In this document: one piece after another, positions 36,511 through 45,545 of the stretch
How positions within the stretch are numbered: the first letter of the stretch is position 1
Layout: every line of letters starts with the position of its first letter
Virus record (IMG/VR): IMGVR_UViG_3300025237_000001
Location: 1-64,000 of that record
Strand: one strand, 5' to 3'
Origin: a virus
DNA length: 64,000 nucleotides
Made by a program: the position numbers and the translations under genes
Notes under the pieces: model-generated
The model's database searches: none
What the model was told of the DNA's origin: nothing
The model's input: the letters and a program-made list of their open reading frames with translations, nothing else

Positions 36511-37200
36511 ATGAACGAATTTAAAGTTATAAGAGGTGGTAGAGCTGGAACTGGATTATTAATTGAAGGTGATGCTGGTTTTATCGAACCAAATGATATT
36601 AGGAACAAGCCATTTGTTACTGAAGCTGCTAAGATAGGCAAAGGTACTGTAATGATTGAACCATTAATCCTATTCGTTGTGTTACAAAAATTTGGTGTAG
36701 AGAACAAGAACGGTAGAATCTATCCAGAACACATTTTAAAAAGAGAAGCTGTTAATTATCAAGAGTTAATTAACAATAGGTCAGCAGTTGGGGAAAGTGA
36801 CCACCCTGAATCATCAGTTATTTCAAACAGTAGAGTTTCACATGAAATCAAAAAGATTTGGTGGGAAGGTCGCACGCTTGTTGGTGAAATAGAAATCATT
36901 ATGTCTCCAGGTTTTATTAATCAAGGAATCATATCTTGTGAGGGTGATAACATTGCAAACATGTTAAGAAAAGGAATACGTGTGGGAGTATCTTCAAGAG
37001 GTGTTGGTTCACTGGATGAAATTGCTGGTAAATTATTAGTGCAAGAAGATTTTGAATTAATATGTTGGGATATCGTTACGAGTCCTAGTACTCCAGGTTC
37101 TTATATGTTCAATAGTAAGTCTGAGGCACAACCATTTATGGAGTCTGAGATAAAGGGGAAAGACCTATTAATCGACAATTTAAATAAATTTTTATTATAA
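36511..37200 (+). CDS. prohead core protease (T4 gp21-like)
   Basis: NKNGRIYP..IL, GESDHPE, VSH, GVSSRGVGS, DIV..PSTPG; ATG 36511 preferred. Confidence 0.92.
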   Translation: MNEFKVIRGGRAGTGLLIEGDAGFIEPNDIRNKPFVTEAAKIGKGTVMIEPLILFVVLQKFGVENKNGRIYPEHILKREAVNYQELINNRSAVGESDHPESSVISNSRVSHEIKKIWWEGRTLVGEIEIIMSPGFINQGIISCEGDNIANMLRKGIRVGVSSRGVGSLDEIAGKLLVQEDFELICWDIVTSPSTPGSYMFNSKSEAQPFMESEIKGKDLLIDNLNKFLL

Positions 37201-37334
37201 TAAAATAGATAATTTAATAAAATTAAGTTTTTTTTTACCTAAAACGGGTGTTTTAGGAAAATAAACTATATTTATTAAGTAACTGGTACGATTTTATATT
37301 GTGCCTAATCACAAAAACTTTAAAACAAAGACAA

Positions 37335-39032
37335 ATGAAAGACGAAAAAAAGTCTATTATAGAAGAAGCACTAGCGGAATTTAACCTTATCGAGGAAACA
37401 TTAAATTCGAATGCTAAAGAAATACTTCGTTCCGTAGCGAAAGAAGAAATTACTAGCACGCTAAACGAGTCCTTGAATGAGGATGAGTATGATATTGAAG
37501 ATATCGAAGACGTTGACACTGATACAGATGTTGACGCATTACCAATAGATGACGCACCAGATGCAGCACCAGAAATGGGAGCTGAAATGGGTCCAGAACC
37601 AGAAATGGGAATGGAACCTGATTTAGGTGGTTCTGAAGAACTTGGATTAGATGACATGGGAATGGACGCTGGAGAAGAAGGACTAGAAATAGAACTTGGA
37701 GCAGAAGAAGGTAGCGAAGACTACGGATTGGACATGACTGGAGCATCAGACGAGGAAGTTATATCAGTTTACAAGAAATTGCAAGGTGAAGACGAAATAG
37801 AAGTAGTATCATCAGAAGAAGTAATAATTAAAGACCCAGTATCGGGAGCAGAGTACAACGTCAAAATGGGCGGTGGTAGTATGCTAGACCAAGGGGAAAT
37901 GGACGCAGAAGGTGGACTAGGAGCAGAAATGGGACTAGACGCTGAACCAGAAATGGGACCAGAAATGGGTGCGGAACTTGGACCAGAGGTTGAAGCTGAA
38001 CCAGCAATGGATACAGAAGTAGACGCTGAACCAGCACCAGATTTTGGTGGAGGTGAAGAAGAAACTGAAGTTGCACCAGAAGGTGGAGAAGCAGAAGAAA
38101 CTGAGGAAGAAGAAGATGAAATAGGTGAAGCAGTTGTTTATGAAATTGAATTATCGGAAGATGATGAAATTGTAGAAGGTTTAGAAAATGACCTTAAGAT
38201 AAACAAAGATAGCAAAATTGGTGCTACCGCAGACGGTAAGCCAAGAACTGCTACTAGTGATGTTGAAAAAAACATGACTGGCGATTTAGCTACTGGCGAT
38301 ATCGAAGGACAAAAAGCTCCAAATGATTCTGATTCAGGTGATAATCTTACAGGTGGATTTGACGATGATGCTCAAAACGGAAGTGGCGACAATCATGCGG
38401 CTCACATCATGGAAGATGCTGAAGTAGTTGATGAAAACGAAAACATTGATGAAACGGTAGAAGTTGTGGACGAAGAAGAAGTTGTAGAAGGAGAAGATGC
38501 TATTGACGAAAAGATTTCAACCAACGGTGCTCGTGAGAGACAAGCTGGTGGAGATTTAACTAAAATTAAAGGTCCAGGGGCAAGGCAAACTGCTAAGAAC
38601 CTAGGTCACACAGTTGAAAGCGTATCTAAAAAATACAACACTTTATTAAAAGAAGCGAAAGCTCTTAAAGTTGAGAACGTAGCGTTCAAATCATCTTTAA
38701 AAGATTTTAAAAGAACCATGACTGAGACAGCGATATTTAATATCAACCTAACTCACGCTACTAAATTATTCTTAGAACACTCTACTACTATTGGAGAGAA
38801 GAAAGATATTTTAACTAGATTTGATGAAGAGGTTAGTACAATCGAAGAGTCTAAAAAACTTTACAAACGAATCAATTCTGAATTAGGAAATCAAAAACCT
38901 CTTGCTGAATCGATTGAAAATAAATTAATGTCTGAGCAAACATCAGGTCAATCAACTCAAATTAACGAGACGGTTGCTTATGTAGACCCAGCACAAAAAA
39001 GAGTTCTTGATTTAATCAATAGAACTAAATAA
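37335..39032 (+). CDS. prohead scaffold/core protein (gp22-like position), acidic low-complexity
   Basis: Between protease and capsid gene; PEMG repeats, C-terminal coiled coil, many [ILV]xE sites; ATG 37335 preferred. Confidence 0.7.
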   Translation: MKDEKKSIIEEALAEFNLIEETLNSNAKEILRSVAKEEITSTLNESLNEDEYDIEDIEDVDTDTDVDALPIDDAPDAAPEMGAEMGPEPEMGMEPDLGGSEELGLDDMGMDAGEEGLEIELGAEEGSEDYGLDMTGASDEEVISVYKKLQGEDEIEVVSSEEVIIKDPVSGAEYNVKMGGGSMLDQGEMDAEGGLGAEMGLDAEPEMGPEMGAELGPEVEAEPAMDTEVDAEPAPDFGGGEEETEVAPEGGEAEETEEEEDEIGEAVVYEIELSEDDEIVEGLENDLKINKDSKIGATADGKPRTATSDVEKNMTGDLATGDIEGQKAPNDSDSGDNLTGGFDDDAQNGSGDNHAAHIMEDAEVVDENENIDETVEVVDEEEVVEGEDAIDEKISTNGARERQAGGDLTKIKGPGARQTAKNLGHTVESVSKKYNTLLKEAKALKVENVAFKSSLKDFKRTMTETAIFNINLTHATKLFLEHSTTIGEKKDILTRFDEEVSTIEESKKLYKRINSELGNQKPLAESIENKLMSEQTSGQSTQINETVAYVDPAQKRVLDLINRTK

Positions 39033-39062
39033 AATTAAAAATTAAAATTAAATTATATTATT

Positions 39063-40865
39063 ATGAATAGCAATTTTTTAACTTCAGGTCAAGTTGGTAA
39101 CATCGGACTTAACCACATGAAACAAGTAAGAGAGAACACTATCAATAAATGGGATTCATTAGGATTCTTAGATGGTCTTCAAGGACATGTAAAAGAGAAT
39201 ATCGCTCAGTTATATGAAAACGAAGCTTCTCACTTATTAAACGAATCAACTGATGCTTCAAGCTCAGGTTCATTCGAAACGGTTGTATTTCCAATCGTAA
39301 GGAGAGTATTCTCTAAATTATTAGCAAATGATATTGTATCAGTACAAGCTATGAATATGCCAATTGGTAAATTATTCTTCTTCGTACCACAAACATCTGC
39401 AAGATATGACGCTGCTGGTGATGCATACGGAGACCCACATAAAAATGGACCTCAGTTTTCTGCTCACACTTCAATGGGTGCTGATGGACTACCAATCGTA
39501 AGAGGTGTAGACCCATCTTATGCTCCAACTGAGTATTTAGCTAAAAATCTTTATGATATTTACTATAACGATGGATTATTTGATGCATCTAAAGGTACTA
39601 TCTCAATTATTGCGGGAACAGGTAACTTAGTTACTTTATCTGCTGACGGTACATTCGCTGCCGCTGCTGATTTCTCTGCACTTCCAACTTCAACTGATGG
39701 TTCTTTAAGAACTGCCATTTTCCAAGTATCTGGATTTAGTGCAATAAACAAAGGTAGATTAAGTGGACCAGATGGTAACCCAATGGACACAGAATCTTTC
39801 TTAGCTTCTTTAAAAGTTGTTACCAATGGTATCGCTTTAAATGATGCTGACGGAAACGTAATTGTTGCTGACGCTACAATCGTTCCTTTTAGATTAGTTA
39901 CTCAAAAATACGGTAGAGGTATCGTAGATTATAGTGACATATGTGACGCTGCTGGTGTTATCTATCTTGAATTAGATATGACTCACCCAGTTGACGCTGC
40001 TGGAACTTCAACATACGATGGTTATGTTGGTGCAGATATGGGCGGTGCTCAATCAGCATTTACAAGTGCTGATTTCTCAGTATCTTGGGCAGAATATGCT
40101 ACGTTAGAACTTGAAACAGAAATGGGTGAAGTATCTTTCAAATTAGACGAGGTTGTTGTTTCCGTTGAAGAACGTAAATTAAGAGCTACATGGTCTCCAG
40201 AATTAGCTCAAGATGTTAGTGCATTCCACAACATTGATGCTGAGGCTGAATTAACTGCAATGTTATCAGAACAAGTTGCTGCTGAAATCGATAGAGAAAT
40301 CTTAAGAGACATCAGAAGTGCTGCTGCATGGCAATTAAGATGGGATTGGAACGGATGGAGAAAAGCTTCATTGGCTGCTAATGCTTACACGCAAAAAGAC
40401 TGGAATCAAACTTTAATTACTAAAGTTAACCAAATTTCAGCACAAATCCACAAGTCTACTCTTAGAGGTGGTGCTAACTTTATCGTAGTTTCTTCAGAAA
40501 TTTCTGCTGTATTCGATGATTTAGAGTACTTCCACGTAAGTGATGCATCTCCAGAGCAAGACCAATATAATATGGGTATCGAGAAAATCGGTTCATTAAG
40601 TGGTCGTTACCAAGTGTACCGTGACCCTTATGCACCATCTTGGTCACTTATTATGGGACATAAAGGAAAATCATTGTTAGACACTGGTTACATCTACGCA
40701 CCTTACGTGCCAATGCAATTAACGCCTACAATGTATAACCCATTCAACTTCGCACCAGTGAAAGGTATAATGACACGTTATGCTAAGAAAGTGGTAAACA
40801 ACAGATTCTACGGAGCTGTAAGAGTTGATGGATTACAAACATTCAACATCGCTGAATTAAGATAA
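39063..40865 (+). CDS. major capsid protein (T4 gp23-like)
   Basis: P.VRR.F..L.A..I..VQ.M..P.G, RKLRA.WS.ELAQD..A.H..DAEAEL..L...I..EI.REI, YAPYVP. Confidence 0.96.
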   Translation: MNSNFLTSGQVGNIGLNHMKQVRENTINKWDSLGFLDGLQGHVKENIAQLYENEASHLLNESTDASSSGSFETVVFPIVRRVFSKLLANDIVSVQAMNMPIGKLFFFVPQTSARYDAAGDAYGDPHKNGPQFSAHTSMGADGLPIVRGVDPSYAPTEYLAKNLYDIYYNDGLFDASKGTISIIAGTGNLVTLSADGTFAAAADFSALPTSTDGSLRTAIFQVSGFSAINKGRLSGPDGNPMDTESFLASLKVVTNGIALNDADGNVIVADATIVPFRLVTQKYGRGIVDYSDICDAAGVIYLELDMTHPVDAAGTSTYDGYVGADMGGAQSAFTSADFSVSWAEYATLELETEMGEVSFKLDEVVVSVEERKLRATWSPELAQDVSAFHNIDAEAELTAMLSEQVAAEIDREILRDIRSAAAWQLRWDWNGWRKASLAANAYTQKDWNQTLITKVNQISAQIHKSTLRGGANFIVVSSEISAVFDDLEYFHVSDASPEQDQYNMGIEKIGSLSGRYQVYRDPYAPSWSLIMGHKGKSLLDTGYIYAPYVPMQLTPTMYNPFNFAPVKGIMTRYAKKVVNNRFYGAVRVDGLQTFNIAELR

Positions 40866-40898
40866 GATAACTTCTTAATCTCAGTCGAGATAAATACA

Positions 40899-40930
40899 AA
40901 AGCCCAACATTACAGATGTTGGGCTTTTTT
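40899..40930 (+). terminator. rho-independent terminator after capsid gene
   Basis: AAAGCCCAACAT-tacag-ATGTTGGGCTTT 12-bp stem plus T-run. Confidence 0.8.
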
Positions 40931-40952
40931 TATTTTATAGACTATTTATAAT

Positions 40953-41810
40953 ATGAACTTATATAACTTATATGAAGAAGTTTTAAAAGAAGATTGTGAG
41001 AAAATATCTCTCGTAAGTAAATCCAAGAAAGGTAATCGTTATTTTAAAATGCTTAAAGATGCGCAATGGCAACATTATGACGCACCTAAAGGTGACCTAA
41101 CTGATTACGTTAGTGGGGAAGATGATAGAAAACGTCTAGTTACTAATTTAAGTAAAGCTGATAAGAAACTTTATAGAGAATGGTTAAAAACACCAGAAGG
41201 TGAAACATCGGTAAAATTATTTGCTGATAAGCAAACTAAATTTAAAGAAAGGACTAAAGGTTGGGGTGAAGGACCTATTTCTGAATCAACTGATAGAATG
41301 ATTGATGTATCATGTGCTGCTTTAGGTAGTATTAAAATTGATGGTAAATATTTATTATTTAAAGAAAAAATGAAATACCAACCAATAGGTGGTGGTCTTA
41401 AATTTAAACCATCCGCAATTCCATTCTTAGAATCAATAAATTACCGTACAGCTAGAACTGATAATGATATTAGAATTCAAATACCCGAATCTAAATGGGA
41501 AATTTTTAAACAATGGTTCCAAAGTGGTAAAGATAGAGAAATATCAATTGATAGAGAAATGGAAGAAGAATTAGGTTCATTCCTAGACTCTTCATATCTT
41601 TCACAAATGAATACAAGTAACTATCAACTTAAAGAAGTAATTGAAGGTAAACATAGAATATTTCAAATACATCAAATTACGTTTTCAGATGAAGTTCGTA
41701 ATGCGATATTAGAATTAGTTCATCATAAACAATTATTTATATTGGCAACGCCAGAAGAAATGAAATCTTCTGATGAAATATCAAGCCACAGCCATAATAT
41801 CATATTATGA
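40953..41810 (+). CDS. SMODS-associated-type NUDIX domain protein with N-terminal extension
   Basis: From aa 116: I.VS.AAL..IKIDGKYLL...YQPIGG..KF....FLE...ND.R..IP..K...F..WF.SG.DRE....RE.EEEL. Confidence 0.7.
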   Translation: MNLYNLYEEVLKEDCEKISLVSKSKKGNRYFKMLKDAQWQHYDAPKGDLTDYVSGEDDRKRLVTNLSKADKKLYREWLKTPEGETSVKLFADKQTKFKERTKGWGEGPISESTDRMIDVSCAALGSIKIDGKYLLFKEKMKYQPIGGGLKFKPSAIPFLESINYRTARTDNDIRIQIPESKWEIFKQWFQSGKDREISIDREMEEELGSFLDSSYLSQMNTSNYQLKEVIEGKHRIFQIHQITFSDEVRNAILELVHHKQLFILATPEEMKSSDEISSHSHNIIL

Positions 41811-42811
41811 GATTAAATACACTGTATACGCAAATATTAAACGAAGGAACAGGTTGTCCAGTTCTTAAAGTAACTAAACAGATTCAATCTGAGGTAATAA
41901 GATTTAAATCTGATGAAGATTTATTAAGAGGTGGTGGTATTTCAATAGAAGCTTTAGATAGAGCCGCACATGGCTTCTCTGAGGGTGATATTAAGACAAT
42001 ACACCCTAGTAAGTTATCCATTAAATGGAAAGAAGACCATGAAAATGTTATGTGGGAGATTAAAAAAAGTGGAATGAACATCACTCAATGGTCTAAACAG
42101 ATAAATTTAAATGAACCAATTGATGTTAGTTTTAAAAATGGTAAGTTTTTCATTGAAGATGGACATCATAGGTATGTTGCCGCTAAAACACTTAACGTTG
42201 AATTAAACTGTAATTTAGAAATTAAAGAAAATCCAATAAGGGTCTTAGCACCAACATTAGGATATGATGAATTTCATAGATGTCTTTATAAGCAAGTTTC
42301 ATCAGGAGTAAGTGAAATAGTGGAAGGTTCAAAGATTAAAACTAATCGAGGTTATTTAATTGATAACGGTGATAAATACACCAAATTAACTACCGATAAA
42401 ATAGAATATGAAAATGCCTTAAGATTAATTAATAACCCAAATAAACATTTCGTTAAATATTATTCAGCTAAACCTCATAATGAAAAATATTATGAGTTAG
42501 TCATGGATAAACTTAATCCATTAAGTGATAATGATTCTGATATCGTTGATATGATTCAACAAAGCTTAGGACTTCAAGAATATATGTTGGATAGTGCTAA
42601 ACGAAACTCAATAATAAACGAGTTTAAAAGAAACCCAGAATGGTATGAAGGGTTAGGTTCAATACAAGACGTTTTAAAGATTATTAATTCTATTTATCAA
42701 ATGTATTTATATGCCAAAAATAACACTTTTTCCTTATTTGATTTAAGGGCGCAAAATTTAGGTAGAACTAATGAGGGAATTTTAGTTCATTTCGATTTAG
42801 GTTCGGGTTAA
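41807..42811 (+). CDS. ParB/Srx-like domain fused to a protein-kinase-like domain
   Basis: IDV....F.IEDGHHRY.AA (ParB/Srx); KLT.D..E...A, DLRAQN and FDLG (kinase catalytic and Mg-binding loops). Confidence 0.7.
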   Translation: MRLNTLYTQILNEGTGCPVLKVTKQIQSEVIRFKSDEDLLRGGGISIEALDRAAHGFSEGDIKTIHPSKLSIKWKEDHENVMWEIKKSGMNITQWSKQINLNEPIDVSFKNGKFFIEDGHHRYVAAKTLNVELNCNLEIKENPIRVLAPTLGYDEFHRCLYKQVSSGVSEIVEGSKIKTNRGYLIDNGDKYTKLTTDKIEYENALRLINNPNKHFVKYYSAKPHNEKYYELVMDKLNPLSDNDSDIVDMIQQSLGLQEYMLDSAKRNSIINEFKRNPEWYEGLGSIQDVLKIINSIYQMYLYAKNNTFSLFDLRAQNLGRTNEGILVHFDLGSG

Positions 42812-43347
42812 AATGTTTCGTGAGTTGCGAATCTTTTAATTTTATAACAAGTATTTGGTGTTAAACCAGAATAATTATCGGTTAAAAATAAATTATGTCG
42901 CTGATTGTATAACATATCACTATCATCATCAATAATAGCGTACTTATAAAAGTCATAATAGTTTATACCATATTTTTCCTCAACAATATTATCTTTTATC
43001 CACCTTTTAATTTCATTTCCCCTACAACAGTCTCTACAACCATATGGAGTAACGTCATGGACCTTAAAGGTACCACCTACTCTATCAAAAATCTCTTGTA
43101 GACCTTCCACACCATAATTTCGCCAAGTACTACTTACAACTACCTTTGCATCAATAGCTACAACTAAGTTATTGAACCATGAAATCCTTTCACGACAAAA
43201 TTGGTTAGCGTGATAAGCTGCCATATCCTGTTCTTCGGGGAAACCATCTTTTGTCCATCGTTCATGTCTTTCCTTATAGAAAAGTTGACAATTGAAAACT
43301 CCATCTATGTCTAGAAATATAATAAAAGGTACTTTTTCCATTACCAA
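42808..43347 (-). CDS. HAD-family phosphatase (HAD_SAK_2 / RNA-repair-associated type)
   Basis: IFLDIDGV.N, VVSSTWR, RG.EI..W, AIIDDD.DM. Confidence 0.85.
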   Translation of the reverse strand: MVMEKVPFIIFLDIDGVFNCQLFYKERHERWTKDGFPEEQDMAAYHANQFCRERISWFNNLVVAIDAKVVVSSTWRNYGVEGLQEIFDRVGGTFKVHDVTPYGCRDCCRGNEIKRWIKDNIVEEKYGINYYDFYKYAIIDDDSDMLYNQRHNLFLTDNYSGLTPNTCYKIKRFATHETF

Positions 43348-43646
43348 CTAAGTTTTTCTTCAGCTTCTTCTTCTGTTAAATGATTTTTTAAATCAAATAG
43401 AGCGTAATATTTCTCACCATTTTCTTGAACATAAAACATTTGAATCCCATCAACAGTGTTACCCACTTGATTGGCATATTCATAACTATACACATCATCT
43501 TTTAGATAACTTATTTCATCTGAATGTAAACGCCAAGGATGTTCTATATTATTTACAATTTCCATATAACCATCAACATCAAATATTGAGAATATTTGCG
43601 CTTTAGCGGCATAAAAATCTTCTATAACTTCTTTTACTACACTCAT
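43341..43646 (-). CDS. hypothetical protein
   Basis: ORF, 101 aa. Confidence 0.55.
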   Translation of the reverse strand: MSVVKEVIEDFYAAKAQIFSIFDVDGYMEIVNNIEHPWRLHSDEISYLKDDVYSYEYANQVGNTVDGIQMFYVQENGEKYYALFDLKNHLTEEEAEEKLSW

Positions 43647-43879
43647 TATGTAGCTTCTTGAACCAATGTATAACGTGAGAACGTTATCTTATCACCGAAT
43701 TTGTTTTTTCCTTCTTCAGTTACCGAAGTGATAACATGACCATCTTTCTTCAAATTAAAGATTGTAGCAGCCAATCTAGTGTTACCTAATTGATTGATTG
43801 CATACCAAGGACTAATTGATTTTGACGCATGAGTTCTCATTGCCTCTAATACACGTTCTTTTCTAGTTACTTTTGCCAT
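43646..43879 (-). CDS. winged helix-turn-helix protein (HTH_39-like)
   Basis: RVL.A....SI.PW.A....G.TRLAA.I..LK..G..I. Confidence 0.75.
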   Translation of the reverse strand: MAKVTRKERVLEAMRTHASKSISPWYAINQLGNTRLAATIFNLKKDGHVITSVTEEGKNKFGDKITFSRYTLVQEAT

Positions 43880-43908
43880 AATATAATGTTTTTATTATTA
43901 TTAAAGTA

Positions 43909-43940
43909 CAAATATACAAATAATATTTTAACTTTCCAAA
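43909..43940 (-). promoter_or_regulatory. Bacteroidota-type promoter
   Basis: Minus strand TTTG-N20-TATATTTG (plus-strand CAAA 43937-43940, CAAATATA 43909-43916). Confidence 0.7.
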
Positions 43941-44069
43941 TTTTTGTTAATTATTTCTAATTTTCTTTTTTCCATTCGACTAATTAAAGTCAAAGACTTG
44001 CGTATTGGATTATCTTCTATCCAAAATCTAGCTCTTTTTAACTCAAGTTTAACCTCAGCCAATGTCATT

Positions 44070-44324
44070 TCATTTATTACCATCTAATAATTCTTTAGAA
44101 CGGTAATAATCATCTATTCCACCGCCACATTCTGGACATGTTGGGTAAGGTATATCATTACCTTTAAATTCATCCCACTCATACTCGATTTCAGCGTCTT
44201 TTAAGAGACCATCCCATTCACAATCCATACACGAGCCACTATCAACCGTAAATTCATCTACGGGTGTCTCATTAACTTTAATTCTTTTAAACGTCATCAT
44301 GATTAATTTTATATTCAATAACAC
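44070..44324 (-). CDS. zinc-ribbon protein
   Basis: CMDC...CPECGG. Confidence 0.55.
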   Translation of the reverse strand: MLLNIKLIMMTFKRIKVNETPVDEFTVDSGSCMDCEWDGLLKDAEIEYEWDEFKGNDIPYPTCPECGGGIDDYYRSKELLDGNK

Positions 44325-44727
44325 CGTCTTTATGTATTACACCAAATGTTACATGAGTGTCTTCACCATTAGCCATATCACAACCTATGATATATTTAGG
44401 TTTATTATATTTTAATAAGTCATACGATTTTCGATAACTAGCAGTAATTAAATTTAATACTCTAGTTTCAACATCTTTAGGAAAGTTTTTTTTAAATATT
44501 GCAGTCTTACACCTTGTAAACCATAACTTATAAAAAGTTTCTGTCATATTTTTGGTATGTGATAGGTCATCCATAGCATAGTTGAAGTTTACTAGAATTT
44601 TCCCAACTGACTTCGTTGTGCTTTTATTATTTAAATCAGTTAGTATTTGAGCTAAGTCAATTGCACATTGTGAACTACCATATGTGTTCTTGTCAACTTC
44701 ACCACGATTTGATTGTTTATATTTCAT
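44287..44727 (-). CDS. hypothetical protein
   Basis: ORF, 146 aa. Confidence 0.5.
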   Translation of the reverse strand: MKYKQSNRGEVDKNTYGSSQCAIDLAQILTDLNNKSTTKSVGKILVNFNYAMDDLSHTKNMTETFYKLWFTRCKTAIFKKNFPKDVETRVLNLITASYRKSYDLLKYNKPKYIIGCDMANGEDTHVTFGVIHKDGVIEYKINHDDV

Positions 44728-44743
44728 GTGACAATATTACAAA

Positions 44744-44777
44744 AAAAAAGGGAGAAAACCTAATTTTCTCCCTTTTT
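44744..44777. terminator. terminator after the vWA gene
   Basis: AAAAAGGGAGAAAA-cctaa-TTTTCTCCCTTTTT; T-run on the minus strand. Confidence 0.75.
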
Positions 44778-44798
44778 AATATATTTTAATTCTTAATC

Positions 44799-45440
44799 TT
44801 AAGAATCACTACCCGTATCTGAATCTGAATCAACTAAGTTTTCAGTTTGTACATCATTATCAATCACACTAGCAAAATACAATGATTTTGACATGTTTCT
44901 TGAAACACTAGCTAAAGTTGTACCAACACCACTATCAGCGTATTGGAACGTATTGCTACGGCTAATACCTAGATTCACTGCACTTTCAATTGCACCTTCT
45001 GTTGTTCCCATAAAGGTTAATCCCCATTCTTTTTTCTTAGCTTTTTTAAGAAGCTTTTGAACATCTGTTTGGGTAAACTCTTTGGAATCATTTTCACCAC
45101 CATCGGTAAGAATACTTACGAACACACCGTCTTGTTTTTTACCTACAAGACCAAAACTTTGTCCGATTGCATCATATAGAGCAGTCATACCATTTGGTCT
45201 GTAATTGTCAGCACTTTCATAAGTGATGTTTTTTCTTTTTGAAGAGTCTAATAAAACTGTAAACTTTCCAGCAGATGAAAACTGCGAAACTATAGTTCTA
45301 ATTTTAGCATCACCCTTTGTTTTTTTCATATCCTTTCTGACATCCTTAAGTAAGTCTTTAAGACCACCTTGCACTTCTTGTGTTTTGCTACTCATACTTG
45401 AACTAGCATCTACGATAATTAAATTTGTAATTTTTTTCAT
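44799..45440 (-). CDS. von Willebrand factor A domain protein
   Basis: MIDAS DASSSM, MTALYDAIG, ILTDG.EN.S. Confidence 0.9.
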   Translation of the reverse strand: MKKITNLIIVDASSSMSSKTQEVQGGLKDLLKDVRKDMKKTKGDAKIRTIVSQFSSAGKFTVLLDSSKRKNITYESADNYRPNGMTALYDAIGQSFGLVGKKQDGVFVSILTDGGENDSKEFTQTDVQKLLKKAKKKEWGLTFMGTTEGAIESAVNLGISRSNTFQYADSGVGTTLASVSRNMSKSLYFASVIDNDVQTENLVDSDSDTGSDS

Positions 45441-45525
45441 TTTGTAATATTTTAAGATTTGTTAATAATTGTAATTATACTATTTTTTTATTATATAAAC
45501 AAGTATTAAACAATGTTATTAGTAA

Positions 45526-45540
45526 AACGTGATTAAACTA
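45526..45540. repeat. left arm of a 15-bp inverted repeat
   Basis: AACGTGATTAAACTA, exact reverse complement of 46608-46622. Confidence 0.85.
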
Positions 45541-45545
45541 ATTAT

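Noticed and set aside
33773-38076. Antisense ORFs opposite portal and scaffold (33773..34162, 33784..34053, 37253..37657, 37453..37746, 37861..38076)
   Set aside because: S/P/L/H-rich shadows of acidic low-complexity coding on the opposite strand
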